DNA of 64,000 bases from Fimbriosthenelais zetlandica (taxonomy: Eukaryota), in NCBI GenBank assembly GCA_977030845.1, contig OZ365109.1:20584001-20648000 (forward strand). Direction: 5' to 3'. Below the pieces are notes generated by a model. The model was not told the origin of the DNA. It did no database searches and saw nothing but the letters and a program-made list of their open reading frames with translations. A program made the position numbers and the translations under genes. Each line of letters begins with the position of its first letter. Position 1 is the first letter of the stretch. Positions 39,240-52,450 of the stretch are shown one piece after another.

Positions 39240-40787
39240 CCCTTATCGCTTCGTCCCCAGCCAGTTTATTGAATCGCAAGCTGACCTTGGCAAGCCCATG
39301 GTTAGTTAGCATTGCCATATAGGGTGACAAGGGGGGAGAATAAAGTCAGTAAAGGTTAATACAGTTTATTCTAAATTAATTATACATGGAAATTCTAGAG
39401 GGGGATATAAAGTTGACAGTGAGAGTGAGATTGATTGGTGGGTCTGGGGAAAGTGGTCGACGCAGGACAAATCAGAGGCAATCTAGAGGATGCTTGATAA
39501 GAGAGCTAATTAGCGGAGAAGGGCAAATTAATTGACAGGTCAAAATGGTGACTTTGCAGAGAACCGTGCAAGCAACTGCGGGTCCGGAGTTCGAACATAG
39601 ACCTTGAAAATCTGGAGGGAAATGGAACACCTGTCAGTGAGCTGCTTTGGAAGAATTTTTCTTTCAGTGAAATTTTCGAAATTCATTTAGATCAGAATGC
39701 TTGGTTGGAGCTTAGTTTCAGAGATTCGCTCTGCCATTTTGAATAGCGAGAGGCCATTTCTAAAGGCTCGAGAGCAGTCAAAGGGGAAGGGAATTCCCCA
39801 CCCATACATGGTTAATGAATTAAGCCCTTTTAGATTGAGCTGTTTGTCTGTTATCCGAATCCTCATCAGCTTGGTAGTCCAATAAGACCCTCCCCCCCTG
39901 ACTACCTAGATTCTCCTCCCAGACCCAGTACACTAATCAGTATGCCTGTCCACTGACAAGCTGACCCAAGGTGATGTCTCTGCCAGAATACCAACAAACC
40001 CTCCGTCTCCACCAGCTGTCTGCCTATACAAGAAAAGCCAGTCAGCTAACTAATTCACTATAAGAAAGAGGTAAGTCACTCCATAGATTAAGGCACAGAG
40101 CAATGAAAAGGGGTCAAGACCTGTAATAAGGCTTAAAAGTAGGGGCGAGGAGGTGGGCAATCCTCATCTTTTGAATGGTCAGGGAGTTCAACAGCTCGCC
40201 CAGCTTGTGCATGAAGAGATTTAGATAAGACCGCACTCAGGTTTATAATGGAAAAAAGATTTTGGTTAAAAATCTATAGGATTGTTCTTGGTCCATTAAT
40301 CCCCTGCTTTCCAGACGTCATACTTAAGTTAAAGACATATCTAAATTACAAAATTTAGAACTCAATTTTAATGCCATTTTCCACTAATGATTTTTGTATT
40401 TTCAATTCATACAAGCCATATTAGTGTCAAACTTGACTACAAACTCAGAAAGTCTTATTCTGAAATAATTCTCAGAAGAGGGATGGGTCGGGGTCAATCA
40501 TGTGAATATATGAGATATGGTACATCCTTGTGTTCCAAGGATATTCTATTTGAGCGACGGAAAATCATCTCTGAGAGGGGTAGAGTTTCTCCTGAACCCC
40601 TGAACTATACCAGCCCTGCATTCTTCCTTGATCTAATACTCCAACACCAAGAGTGATAAAAATACATCCAATCACACCCCTTTTAGACATTAGACGTTGA
40701 CCATGTTGAGAGCCGAAGACTCTCCAAAATATCCCTACTTTCTCAAGTGCTGGATGTTTTTTCTTTTTCTTATTTTTTATCAAGGTA

Positions 40788-43700
40788 CACTGCAAAAAGG
40801 GCGTCTACAGAACGTCGGAATTTAAACGCAAAAAAAAACGTTTATGTCTACTGAGTGTCCAAAATATAGACGATAACGTTTTTTGAACGTTTTTTGAGAC
40901 GCTTTAAGACGCTATTTTATGGGTATAGACGTTTTGGGTACGTTTTGAGTACGCCAAAAAACACTAAATAACGCAAAAAAACGATTCAGAGACGATTTTC
41001 GAAACAAATGCGTCTTCAAATTGTCAACTGTCTCATGGTACAGGATCGTCTCCTAATTGTTCAGTGTCTTAAGTTTAATAAGAAATTGTGTCAACTGTCA
41101 CCGGAATGTCAATGTTCCTCCCGAATTATATGGGTTACAGATTCCCAATAGAGGGGGTATGAAGGGACATGCTATAGTCTAGTGCGCTGCCACCTGTTAT
41201 GTGCTGCACAATACTGATGATGCATGGGTGAAAGTTTGGTGTACATTCACAACGAGGGTTCGATAATTAAATGCGATTCCAGGGGCAGATGCAGTATTTT
41301 CAAAAGGGGGTTGCGCGGGGGTTACCTCACCGGAAATTGGAAAAGGCAATTGTACAAGTCATTACAAGCAAAATTAAATTATTTTTTTAAAATCTAAATA
41401 TAGGGACAGTATTTAGCAAAACATTTTTTTAGGGTTGGGGCTCCTTCCCCTATGATGGTCACTAGGGACGTGCCACCCTTTAGATACCATTTAACCCTTA
41501 TAAAATGTGTAGTCATCTTACATACAGTCTCTTCTACAATAACCACAATAATGTGTTAAATGACATCCTTTTTGGTCTGTGATCGCCAAAACCGTTGGGA
41601 AACCGAGCCACGGCCCACAATAAAATTTAAGCAGAGATAAGTGAAGATAGACTTTAAAGGAGACCAGAGGTGCATCATATGCACGCTCCTGTTTATTAAT
41701 TAGCCCAACTGACCGCTCTGACCCAAATTTCTCCAGTATAAAAATCGCTCAGTCGTCCGGTAGCTTTCCCTGGAGCCCCTATGCTGTTTGCGTTACGTAA
41801 GCAAGCTCGCTCTTGCCTCCCACACAACAAAGCGCCTCTCCTGTAACCAGAGGTGCGTGCATACGTCGGCTAGGATGGTAAAAGACACAGATGATGTCCT
41901 AAATAACTAAGATGAGGCAGGCCCTAGCCCTTAGTCCTACTTTGATTTTGAAAAGGGGGATATGCGCACATCGAGCTGTATCGCCAGCTCATGAAAATGT
42001 GTATTACACTAAAGAACTTCCATATATGTAAAATAAGTAATTATGCTTCAATTTTCATGAAACAATAATTCATTATATTAATCGCTTTAATCTCTTCTTT
42101 ACAAATATAGTCTTACCTTGATTGTAAAAAAAATTGTAAGCCTCACATATCTTCTAAAATTCCCATTTTTACTAAATTACTTTCATACATATAAAACACA
42201 TTTATAAATAAGCGTATCATTCTATTTTGTTACACATGTGAAGAGATTGATAGCTGCTATCTTCCATCCCCACCACTAGGGGAGCTGTATTGGAACTCAC
42301 AATAGGGGGTCAATACACAACCCTCCAAGGTCCAACACCCTGATTGGTCTTATCCTTGTCACTAGGGGTATCTTGGTGGAGGTTTAAACTGGTGACAAAT
42401 CAGACAGTTTTTAACTGCCGTCAAACAGATAAGACGTCCGGGAACATTTGATATTTGCTCCCTACTGAAGACATCAGACCCTATAGGCCTAGTTTCAGGT
42501 AAGTTCAATCATTATAATCTAACAGTTTTAGCAAACATGAAATATATTTGGATATTACCCTGCAACTTGTTTTAATTATATTACTTATTTTGTTTGAGGA
42601 AAAAAAATGGCTGATGGTATAGCATCATGCCATGTGCTTTCACCCCACCAACACTAATCAATTCATTAGGGAAACATATTTATCATGATTCGTCTGGTGT
42701 ATATTTGGAAATTTTATTGTTAATGGAAGCAAGGATGATTCACTGTCCAAATTTGTATCAGTATTTCTGTGTTTTGGCCAAGGGATGCGTTATTTATGTT
42801 GTGTTATATGTTGAGCACATGTGGTCGCCATCTTCCCAGAATAGGCCTAGGAATGAATGACAAACATAATCTGCAACCATCCATCCCTATTCCTTCAATC
42901 AAATTTACTTTAAATGTGATATTCAGTAGGACTATATTAGAATTATCCATAGGAGCGGTTATTTTCCTTGTATTTTAAATTTAACTGGTCATTTTAGTTA
43001 TGTTGTGTTGAGTTGAGCACATGTGGTAGCCATCTTCTCTCCCTCCCTGTGTCACTCAAGCCCCCCACCCCCACCCCCCAACCCTCTGTCAATCCCCCAC
43101 TGTCACTGGAATAGATAATTATGTGTTAGAATTTCCCAGAAATGATAACCGCACCTGATGAAAGGTGATACTTCAGAGATAAATAAAAGCCCCAATAAAT
43201 GTTTAAAACTAAAATTCAGACAAAGCACATCATTGATAAGTAATCCCCTGACGAGAGGCCACCCTCACTGGTTACATTGATACTACACCGAGTTGCCTCA
43301 CTTGAATTAGCATGCACTTTAATTCTATTCCAGTCGCACTTCTACTCAAAATTGATCCGGATCATCAGATGGAGAGAGAAGACCAAATCTGAGGGCCCAA
43401 GAAAGAGGCAGAAAGTGTCTCACTTTGTGGAATCTGCTAGTAAGTACTTGCTCCTTCATTCAGTTACAAGTAATTATTTCATAAGCTATATATAATAAGC
43501 TCAGTAGTACTAACGGTACATTTATTAAAGTATTAGGTTACCATGCACCAATTTATTAGTTTCATTTTCTTTAAAAGTACCTAGGTAAAACGAATTTTAC
43601 TTTGAAGGTATGATACTCTTGCCCATCATTTGGCTACATCATTATTGATTCCATTCTTTATTTGTATTACCAGTTGAGGAACAACCAGTCTATTTGATAG

Positions 43701-44928
43701 CGACAAATCGGACCGTGCCAGAATCGCCAGACTACAGCGGGACACCTTCACCGCACGGCGAAACTGGATGAATGGTGTCCGTGACTGTGAGGTCCGTGCT
43801 CTGGTATAGGAGTACCCAATCCTTCAAGATGCCCAGTTCATCGAGAAGGAGTTCGGTCTCCTGTACCCAGTCTCCTTCGTCAGGAAGAACCTGGACCAGA
43901 CCATCACACTAGTGGAGCAGGTGATGGGGAAAGTGGGTACCGAGGGTGAGGACGGCTTCATGAGGCTCATGGAGCTGCTCAATAAGACCCTCGTGATGAA
44001 GGGAGGATGTGATTGAATTCTGAATATTAATGGATGATATTGAACAAGGTATTGATTAATGAGTATTGATTAGTGATTACTTGACAACTTCTTAAATGTA
44101 CATGTATGATGACATACATCTGTGTGGCATAGCATGATTAATGAGTAATTTTTGGTGATGATATAATTATATGATATATAATTTGATGAATGAGAAATGA
44201 TTGATTATAATTATGGAGTTTTCTGGTCAGTCATAGACATTTTTACATAGATTTGTTTGATAAGTTTGTAAATATCCATTCTAATGTCCTGCATGATGCC
44301 AGTTGTGTAACAATTACATTGGAAAGGAAATAAAAATGATCAACAAAAACTATGTCTCATGGATTCAATTGACACCCCCCTTCTCACCCACAATTCAGTA
44401 TATGCAGCAAAATTTTGTAGACAATAAACATTTGGTGAAACGTTATATTACACGCTCGACAATATCCGAGTTACTAGTCACTATAGTACACACCTGACAT
44501 TTATCTAAACATTCTTCTAAACATTTAACAAAACACGAGACAGTAACATTATGTAAACACCGGCAATACAGCTGACGATATAAAGTACGGTATTTGACAC
44601 TATACGTTTAAGTGACGGCAAACGGTTTCATTAGACAGTTGACACTATTGTAGACGCTAGCATATTCGACACAGAAAACGTTTAACAGCACGGTTGACAT
44701 TATCAGAGACGCAATGCATTCGCAATACTGTAGACAATCTGTGAGACTTTTGACATTCCGAAGACACTTATTTCTTCTGACATTATGGTAGACATGTTAC
44801 ATTATGTGAGACGGTGTACGATTTCTAAACGCTAAACGGTTTTGGACCGTCTCAAAAGGTGTGACAAAAACAGCGTCTCAAAAAACGTCTCCTGGCTAGA
44901 CGTATCCGCCCCAAAAATAGCCATTGTG
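40788..44928 (+). mobile_element. ~4.1 kb CACTA/EnSpm-like DNA transposon derivative
   Basis: Left end CACTGCAAAAA. Subterminal motifs are inverted between the ends: acgttttttgagacgct 40887-40903 / agcgtctcaaaaaacgt 44872-44888; tgtcaactgtct 41022-41033 / agacagttgaca 44633-44644; cggaatgtcaa 41102-41112 / ttgacattccg 44750-44760. The right terminus (...ccattgtg) matches only CAC, so the end is uncertain. Confidence 0.65.
43334..44016 (+). pseudogene. Two-exon pseudogene inside the CACTA-like element (transposon accessory ORF-like)
   Basis: Exon 43334-43439 (ttctattccag| ... GCTA|gtaagt) and an exon from 43674 (ttgtattaccag|), phases compatible. GC-rich frame ...LQRDTFTARRNWM...RALV*EYPILQDAQFIEKEF... 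to TGA 44014-44016; TAG at 43807 and a 1-nt frameshift near 43680. Confidence 0.7.
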
Positions 44929-46130
44929 CTATTGTAAAGGCACTCCTTTTACACAATCTGGGCCTCCTCTGTCTAACAATACAGCTGTCCTGGACGTTTC
45001 GAATGCCATCTTTTTTCGTCTTCTCCCCTCCCCACCCATACTTTCTCTCAATCTCACCCTGTACATTTCCTTAGGGAGTCTCATCTGCCACAATCAACGA
45101 CCCTTTATCCTTGGACACAACACCCAATGCCACAAAATTATTTTCACTATACAACTCACCATTATAAGTTCAAACGGTAAAAGCCCGCTACAAGAAAACA
45201 CGGTTTTTCACGCAACCGGAAACACCTACAAATTCAGGTCTCCATGCACAAAATCATTCTACTAGCGATGTCAATAAGTTTGTGTCCCACTCAGAGCTTC
45301 AAACCCTCCATTTCTTCTTTCCAAATAGTTTACTAGGAGTAGAAATACCTGGAGAATTGATTTCTGGCATCAGAATCGGGGTTTTCTGTACATAAAGCGT
45401 AGTAATTGCCGGAAATGCGCGGCTATCTCAGAGTGACGCAGGCCCAATGGGCGCCGCCATTTGCATTTTGCACCTCCGCAGAAATAGCTCTCATAGGGTT
45501 AAATACCAGCCAATCACCATGAAACTTGGCCATTCAGTGCAGAACAGTACAAACTTCCGTGCCGGAGCCAAAACAGGAGATACGGTACGCCCAAACGACG
45601 GGTGTTTATATTTTGATTGCATCTTTCACTAACTTATATTGTCATAACACTGTAATGTTACAATAATCTCTTCAATAATAGATATGCTGTCAAAGCAAGG
45701 CGACACAGCATATCGCCTCTCCTTTTCCTTGCGCCTGCCTTGACAAGGTGATAACCGTTTACGAAAATCGTCAATTTATTGCAATGTGTCTTGTCACAAA
45801 GACCCTATATTATGGTACGGTAGTCACTAAAAGGAAAAAGTAAGGATTAATTTCAAACTTGTTAGGGCTACTGAAAACGTATTTCACCGCCAAGACATTT
45901 TTAAACATTGTTCTTTCACCTTAACATACTTGTTTCACTATTTCCTAATATTTAGTCTTTTATTTTATAGGCCTACCATAGGCTACATTTATTGTATGCT
46001 ACTCTACCACGTAATATAGGCTACATGTCATAGAAAAAGCATCTAGCATGGGCTATTTCCCTGGACGGTCTTTTTCCAGTGTAGTACATGGCAATGAGAG
46101 GTGTGGGATGGATATTGAGATTTTACGTCC

Positions 46131-46367
46131 TCATTTGGCCACACATGGGCCGCGCTTACAACAATGGTGACACGTGATCTGTGACACAGAGGTGGCACCG
46201 AGAGATAAACCTCCCAGAAACGAGGCTCCGACCTGGCATATTGGAAAATCTCCCACAGGGTCACATGACCGCAAGTACTTGATGGCATGAAGGCTGGTGC
46301 TAAGTCCGGCACTTCTGAGAACTCTAAGTTTATATATCACTGTTTTGTAACCTCCAGAGTTCGCCAA
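46131..46367 (-). mobile_element. Possible decayed gag-like zinc knuckle
   Basis: ITCHHCCKRGPCVAK* resembles CX2CX4HX4C with the His and final Cys lost. Confidence 0.2.
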
Positions 46368-46591
46368 AGTGTTAAAAGGGAAGTAAAACTGTAATTAAAA
46401 TTTTGATGGAAAGGAGAATGCATCCAATCTACATGTTTAAAGGCCTAATTATTATGTATTAGTGTGGTAGTCTGCACGGGCCTTAATTCAACTACGAGTT
46501 GATATTCAGGGGACATGTGTCAACCTTCAAGAGACGCCACTCAATCTTCAAGCGATCTATTCCAAAGGAGAGCACTCATGAGACTAGACCC

Positions 46592-46771
46592 GTCTGCAAG
46601 GGAATGAGCCAAATCTGCAGGGGACTGAACTCGTCGACACTAGGGAGTCTGGCCCTAATCTACAGCAGTCTCCCAATCCGCAATAGACTCTTCCCATGCA
46701 TCTGCAAAGGAACGGGCCAAATCTGCAAGGAACTGGACCCGATCTGCAAGGAACTGGACCCAATCTGCAGG
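46592..46771. repeat. Degenerate 21-bp repeat related to 5419-5607
   Basis: Units atctgcaaggaactggaccc(g/a), atctgcaaaggaacgggccaa and gtctgcaagggaatgagccaa. Confidence 0.85.
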
Positions 46772-47733
46772 TCACAGTCTCCATAACGGTGCCAAGCCTA
46801 CAGCAAAGGCTCACCTGCTATTGCTCAACCAAACCAACAGTGGAAATCCCTGGATACTTCATACCAAATGCTATATATAATACAGTTCCCAACATAGAAC
46901 AGCCATAGTTAATCGAATATTTTAATTACGAATCAGTACTTCGCTACAAGTATATAGGATGTAAAATGACATGTCTGAGGCAAAATTGAAAGAAACGTAT
47001 GACACACTTACATACCTTGATTAACATGAATTCCCTTTTGGAATTATACACAAGGGTGGGGGAATGCATAAATACATAAGAGAAAGGTATGCTTATTGGA
47101 AAACTGCAGCGATGATATAAAGAGTAACTGATGAAATGAAAAAACATCATGAGAGGGGGGAGATTACACGCTGCCACGTAGCCTGCCGCATACAACCCTC
47201 CCCAGATAACCATATATCATATTCCCTAAGAAGAAGAAAGGAATATCAACAGGGATTATTTCGCAAAGCGCGGCAAAGAGCTGGAAGTAATGAACATCCA
47301 TTAACATGACTTATTACCCGCGAGATCTGTTGGTAGGAGGTATGTGCGGAAGCAGCCCCCAGACCAGATGAATAAGCATCGGGAAATACACAGAGATTTG
47401 GCATTGGCAGAATAAAACATGCTTAAATTCTTCCCCGTACTCTCCCTGTGTGAATATTGAAATAGCAGGCTTTGTGCATGGATCAATCTCACTATTCATA
47501 ATTCATAGCTACATAAGCGAATGAATATGTGAATATTCCCTCTTGGTTTTTCTCCACAGGGTACATTGCTGATCCAATGAGGAAATGGACTATGGATAAA
47601 TGTGGCTGACGATGTAAATTTATAGTTTGTATTGTTCCCACTGGAGCACTGATGCATCCTGCATCTTAGGCCTATTATGTATGTACACACTTCCCAACCA
47701 TAGCTAGTTCCATGTACCATTCCATTATACCTT

Positions 47734-47989
47734 AAATCTATGTGCAATTACAGAAAAGAGCTCTAAATTGAATCAGTCAATTTGCTCGAGGATTCCACGA
47801 CGGTTTAAGGTTTGGTAAACTACCAGAACACCTTGACCATAAAATCATCGCTAGTGACACCACTAGCTGCCTCAAATTTATGTGCAATTGCGGAAAATAG
47901 GTGTAAATTGAATAATTCAATTTGCTTGAGAATTCCACGACGGTTTGAGGTTGGGGTAAACTACTAGAACACCTTGACCATACAAATCA
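47734..47989. repeat. Imperfect tandem duplication, 140-bp period
   Basis: aaat(c/t)tatgtgcaatt...attccacgacggttt...agaacaccttgaccata starting at 47734 and 47874. Confidence 0.85.
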
Positions 47990-48294
47990 GGCTGCAAGCA
48001 TCAATGATTAGTTTCGCCTCCCACGGGCTGAATATATATCAGATAACGTATGCTTAGGGTAAGTGCCCTTAGAACCTCTTGCAATAGTTCATGGCAGAGC
48101 TACGAGAAGAAGCTTTTTATCTAATGAATCTAGTAAGTTATGGCTGTATAAACTCAGCATGTGATCCATCACAGCTGATTTAGTCACATTTTGTACTCTG
48201 ATGTAGTAGAGGGACTCCACTATGCAGAAAATTGAAGTGAGAGAAATTTAACATATTTATGCAGGCCATAGGCTAAATAAAGCTTGTACAATGT

Positions 48295-48362
48295 CCTGTA
48301 TCAGGCCATTGTACAACCTGTATCAGGCCATTGTACAACCTGTATCAGGCCATTGTACAACC
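48295..48362. repeat. 22-bp perfect tandem repeat, 3 copies
   Basis: cctgtatcaggccattgtacaa x3. Confidence 0.95.
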
Positions 48363-50928
48363 ATGCTTTATTTAGATTGACCCTTAGTGGAGATGGTTAT
48401 CACCAGAAGTTTCCATTAAATTGATTTTTGGTCCCTATTTTGTGTAGCTATCTTTTTACATATTCTAGGAAACACATGTACCTTGAGGTAAGTGAAACTT
48501 GCCAGACAAAATGTCCAGCGCTGTGCTTCGTCCATTCCACAACACTGAATCCAATTTACATACAGTGTAGAAAAAGTGAAACTAGAAAAACAAAAGTGTT
48601 GAATTTAGAGTGTCCTTATTCAAAGAGAAAATGACTCCCCAGTGTAACTTAAACCTAAAAGATCCCTTGCTTTTCTCACTCAAGGACACCCACGTGACCT
48701 TACAAGTTCTTCCGTTCAGACCGGATGCAATGCGCCGTGTGATTGGCTCCTCAGCTGTAACAAGAATTTTGATTGGTTCGCCGCCTTTGGGGTGAAAATC
48801 AGTATTGTCATTGTAGGGAGAGGTTGAAAGATCGGGGGGTTGGGGGTTGATGGACCTGTTTGGGGGATAATCTAGCCAGCCAAGCGATGAGCCTGGAATG
48901 GAGACAGAAGACAATGGAAGGATTCGAGCAGTGTAATAAATAGGCGGGTGGGAGGGCCGATCTGGAGCCAAGAGGCCGAGCCTTTCCTATGCCAGTCACT
49001 GTTCTTCCATAATTCAACTGGAAGTTCCATTCCAGTGAATAGCCTGGGAGGCCTCCCATTTAGGGGAACATGTTTATATGAAGGCCTTGTATGTTCAACC
49101 TGGGATCATACACATGTTAGCCTTGATGTGAAGGAGTTGTAAGGTCTGGAGTTGCTCCACTGAGACGTGAAAGTCCAGGTCAACTGGCAACTTTGAAGGT
49201 TAAGTCATACCAGTATTAAATCAGGGGCTTTAGTTAATTGCAATGCAGATACGGGTATTGTTGCTGGTATTTGTGGAAGGTATGCGGGATGAGTAGGATT
49301 TTCTTTATATGTGACAAATAGTAAATGTTAAAAATCATCTTAGGAGTAGAAATATTCCAAACTATAATGCATAATAATTTTATTTAATGTTTGCACAGGG
49401 CGGCACAGAGGAGGATAGACATTTTGCTTGGCCCTGTTCTAATTCCTTCGAACAGTGTGAGTAGACCGTGTCGGATTGTCAAAATGTCACTCTAATTTCT
49501 CAGTAATTTGATTAGAAGCTCTAACTTTGTCTTGTAACATGTTCAGGCGTAATACTAATTAATACTATATGGATTCGTTAATGTGATTACAATGACATAT
49601 GGACCAAATAGTAAAGGGTGTAGAAGTCACCTATGTGAGGAGCCACTGTTCAAGGAATGGGATGTCAACAGCAAGCATATCAATCCTGTGCAAAATCTGT
49701 CTGGTAGGTACATAAAAAACCTGCACTAGGTTCTGTTATCCCTCATGTATAGTTTGCTATCAGACTCTATGCTCATTATTCACCAACGTGTGCTTCTAAA
49801 TTCAATGATCATAAATACATAATTCATAAGTATGGAGCACAGGTGACGAATTATCCAGACGGATACAAAATACCAGTTAATCACCTGTCATTTCTCTATG
49901 TGACTGGGGCAAGTCTTTACAAGCACTGGAATAGTTTTGCACTTAGCTACATGTGCTAATGGTCCCCACTTGTTCTGCTAATCAGCCAAGAGCAGCATGA
50001 GCTTTTTTAATCATCATTTGAACGTTATCACTAATTGCGAGAAAAATATTGCCTTTCTATTGCCTAACGATCCTGTGGACCTATTACGAGAGGTTCAGCA
50101 CAGGGCAAAATTACCATTCAATTCAAGATGGCGTGGTATTGAATATTTTTTATTTTTAAAGCATCATCAATCCCTATTGGGGTTCAGCACCTAGGAATAG
50201 AAACATGTGATGAGGGTTGGTTCGGCTAAGCTGACAATCGGCCAAAAATTGGAACTTGTGTAACCTCAACTCAATGGTCTCTATAGAGCAAAATGAAGAA
50301 TGCATTCTCACTTCTGGCCCACAGTGGATAATCTAATGTTCGTCCTTCTTACATCACCGAGGAACCCCCCCCCCCCCATATTCTGTTAGGCGAGGCAAGT
50401 CTGTACAAGCCCAAATTGGTAGCTCCCAAATGGCTGACCATACTTCATTACCCCTACACCGTGTAGTTGAGAAAGAGGGTGGCTCCCAATATGCATTATT
50501 TCTCAGGGAAGTGGGTGGAGGCAGGCCGCCCCTTAGTTTCCTCGTGGGGCTATGCATCACAGGCTAATCGGGTGAGAGTCGGGAGCGCATCATGGGATGT
50601 TGAGATTTGGAGGGTATTAACACCACCCAGGTAAAACAGATGTTTTACACGTGTAAATCATAGTCAGAACGCTTGATGGCAGTTTAGAGCCTTTATCTAT
50701 ATAAGAAATATGATCCTTTATACTTGGTTGGGAAATTGCCTATTTAAACAGGAAAGCTTGAGATGGGATGCAATCAATAAGGTTTGTATTGATAAATGTA
50801 GTATGGTTTAATACACAGAAACACCAGAAGTGTTACTTAATATCCTTTAATTCTAAAGTCATAGTATTCCAATGTTAAATATGCACTGGTCATATAGTAG
50901 TGTTATGTGTAATATGCACTGTGTTATA

Positions 50929-52450
50929 AGCCCCGAGTCCACTGAACCATTTTTGTTGACGTATATCGGTTAGCTCATCCATTTCTAAACATGAGTAATG
51001 GACGGAGCAACCAGGCCTATTTCAAGAAAGCGGTTCAATGGAAATGGCAGTAGAAGTAGAAACTATGGCAGATGTTCTAAGCAAGCAGATTCTTCACACT
51101 ATGAAGAAAGCATGAAATTGGCATGTGCAAAATTTGAGACACGCGAAAAACATTTAAGGCCGATCAAATATGACCTATTTTTTTGGAATGAAAAATCCAT
51201 ATCAACCTGCGGGTCTATGTATACATTCATATGCGCCGAGTAATACTTAAAGGATGAAAAATCACTGGAGCTTAACATTTGTACAGTAAACAGGACATGT
51301 AAAAGAGGTGACTTCAAAGTGCCATCAATTACAGTCCATTTCCCTGCACTACTCACGCTAAAACCTGCTCTACCTGATGTCAGATATGTGAGAGCGAACA
51401 GAAGCCATCAGCCCATGGAAAATGAATGATAAAAATCATCATGCTTATCAGAAGCAAATTCCGAGCAAAGTTCTAGTAGTATAGATTTGTACTTACGAAT
51501 CAATGGCGAGTACACATGAAAAGATGCAACATAACACTTACCTAAAAAGAGAAGAAAGAAAAAATGTTAAGTCCATTTGTTATACAACGGGGAAATGATA
51601 ACAATGTGAATGTGGGGGGAGCTGACATGAGATCTTGCTGTCTCTGGTGTTTTTGAGGCTATTATTCAAGTAGTGGGGGAAGCTAATATTCCCCACCCAT
51701 ACAAATACCGGCCATGGGGCTACTCTAATCAGGCAGTCATGAATATTTCATCTGGGGACTAATCTCAGAACAATACAGACTTAATAATCCCTCAATTCAA
51801 GGCAACAGGCGTTAGATCATCGCAGGGGAATTTTTAATCTAAACAACCACTCTCTGCTTGTTGAAGATTTAAAATAAAAAGTAGAAATGCTTGCAACTCT
51901 GTGCACAAAGTGGAAGAGTTTCCACTGGCGGATTCTCTTTTATTTTTTTCTCGCATACTTTGATGGCATAATCCAGATAGATGTCCATTAGCATTTACAG
52001 TAATAATTACAAGTACTTCGTCACGTCTGCCAGCAGGAAATTGCATTCCAGACAAATGTGTTGGATGAATTAGTAATGAAACGGCACATTGCCATGGAAG
52101 GCATAGTTCAATTTGCGGGGTGATATAAGCTTAAACCATTTAATGTATCTCACGAAGCTAACATCTTATGCACAGGAATTTTGCACAATGCATCCAAAGG
52201 AAGTATAATTGAAGTGCTTTAAATTCATATTTAATAAGTATGATCGCAATTAATTTTAAAAGGTTCTTATATAAACCAACTTCATGCCTGGTTTCACTAA
52301 GGCTGATATTTCGCTGACATTTTTTTTTTTAAATTTACAATAGCTTAGGAACTGATCTCGTTTTCTACATTATATCTTGGCTGTTTTCTTGACATATGGG
52401 TTGGCCCGTCAATTGAAGAGCCAAGGAAATGGTTCAGTGGGCATGAGGCT
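50929..52450. mobile_element. Pair of inverted Harbinger-like arms 1.5 kb apart
   Basis: agccccgagtccactgaaccattt (50929-50952) versus the reverse complement of 52427-52450, agcctcatgcccactgaaccattt (20/24). Weaker inverted similarity continues inward (tcaagaaa...gtagaaa...ctaagc); right flank tta. Confidence 0.55.
51497..51571 (-). other. Recursive splice site (AG|GTAAGT) with 45-nt RS-exon
   Basis: Minus strand gaCTTAACa, then 21 uninterrupted pyrimidines (ttttttctttcttctcttttt), then AG|GTAAGTgtt (junction 51542|51541); downstream donor GATTC|GTAAGT at 51497|51496. Confidence 0.75.

Noticed and set aside
48011-48042. Hammerhead-ribozyme-like CTGA...GCC-loop-GGC-GAAAC on the minus strand
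   Set aside because: The core reads CTGATATATATTCA rather than CTGANGA, and no stem III or UH cleavage site is found; at best a dead relic.
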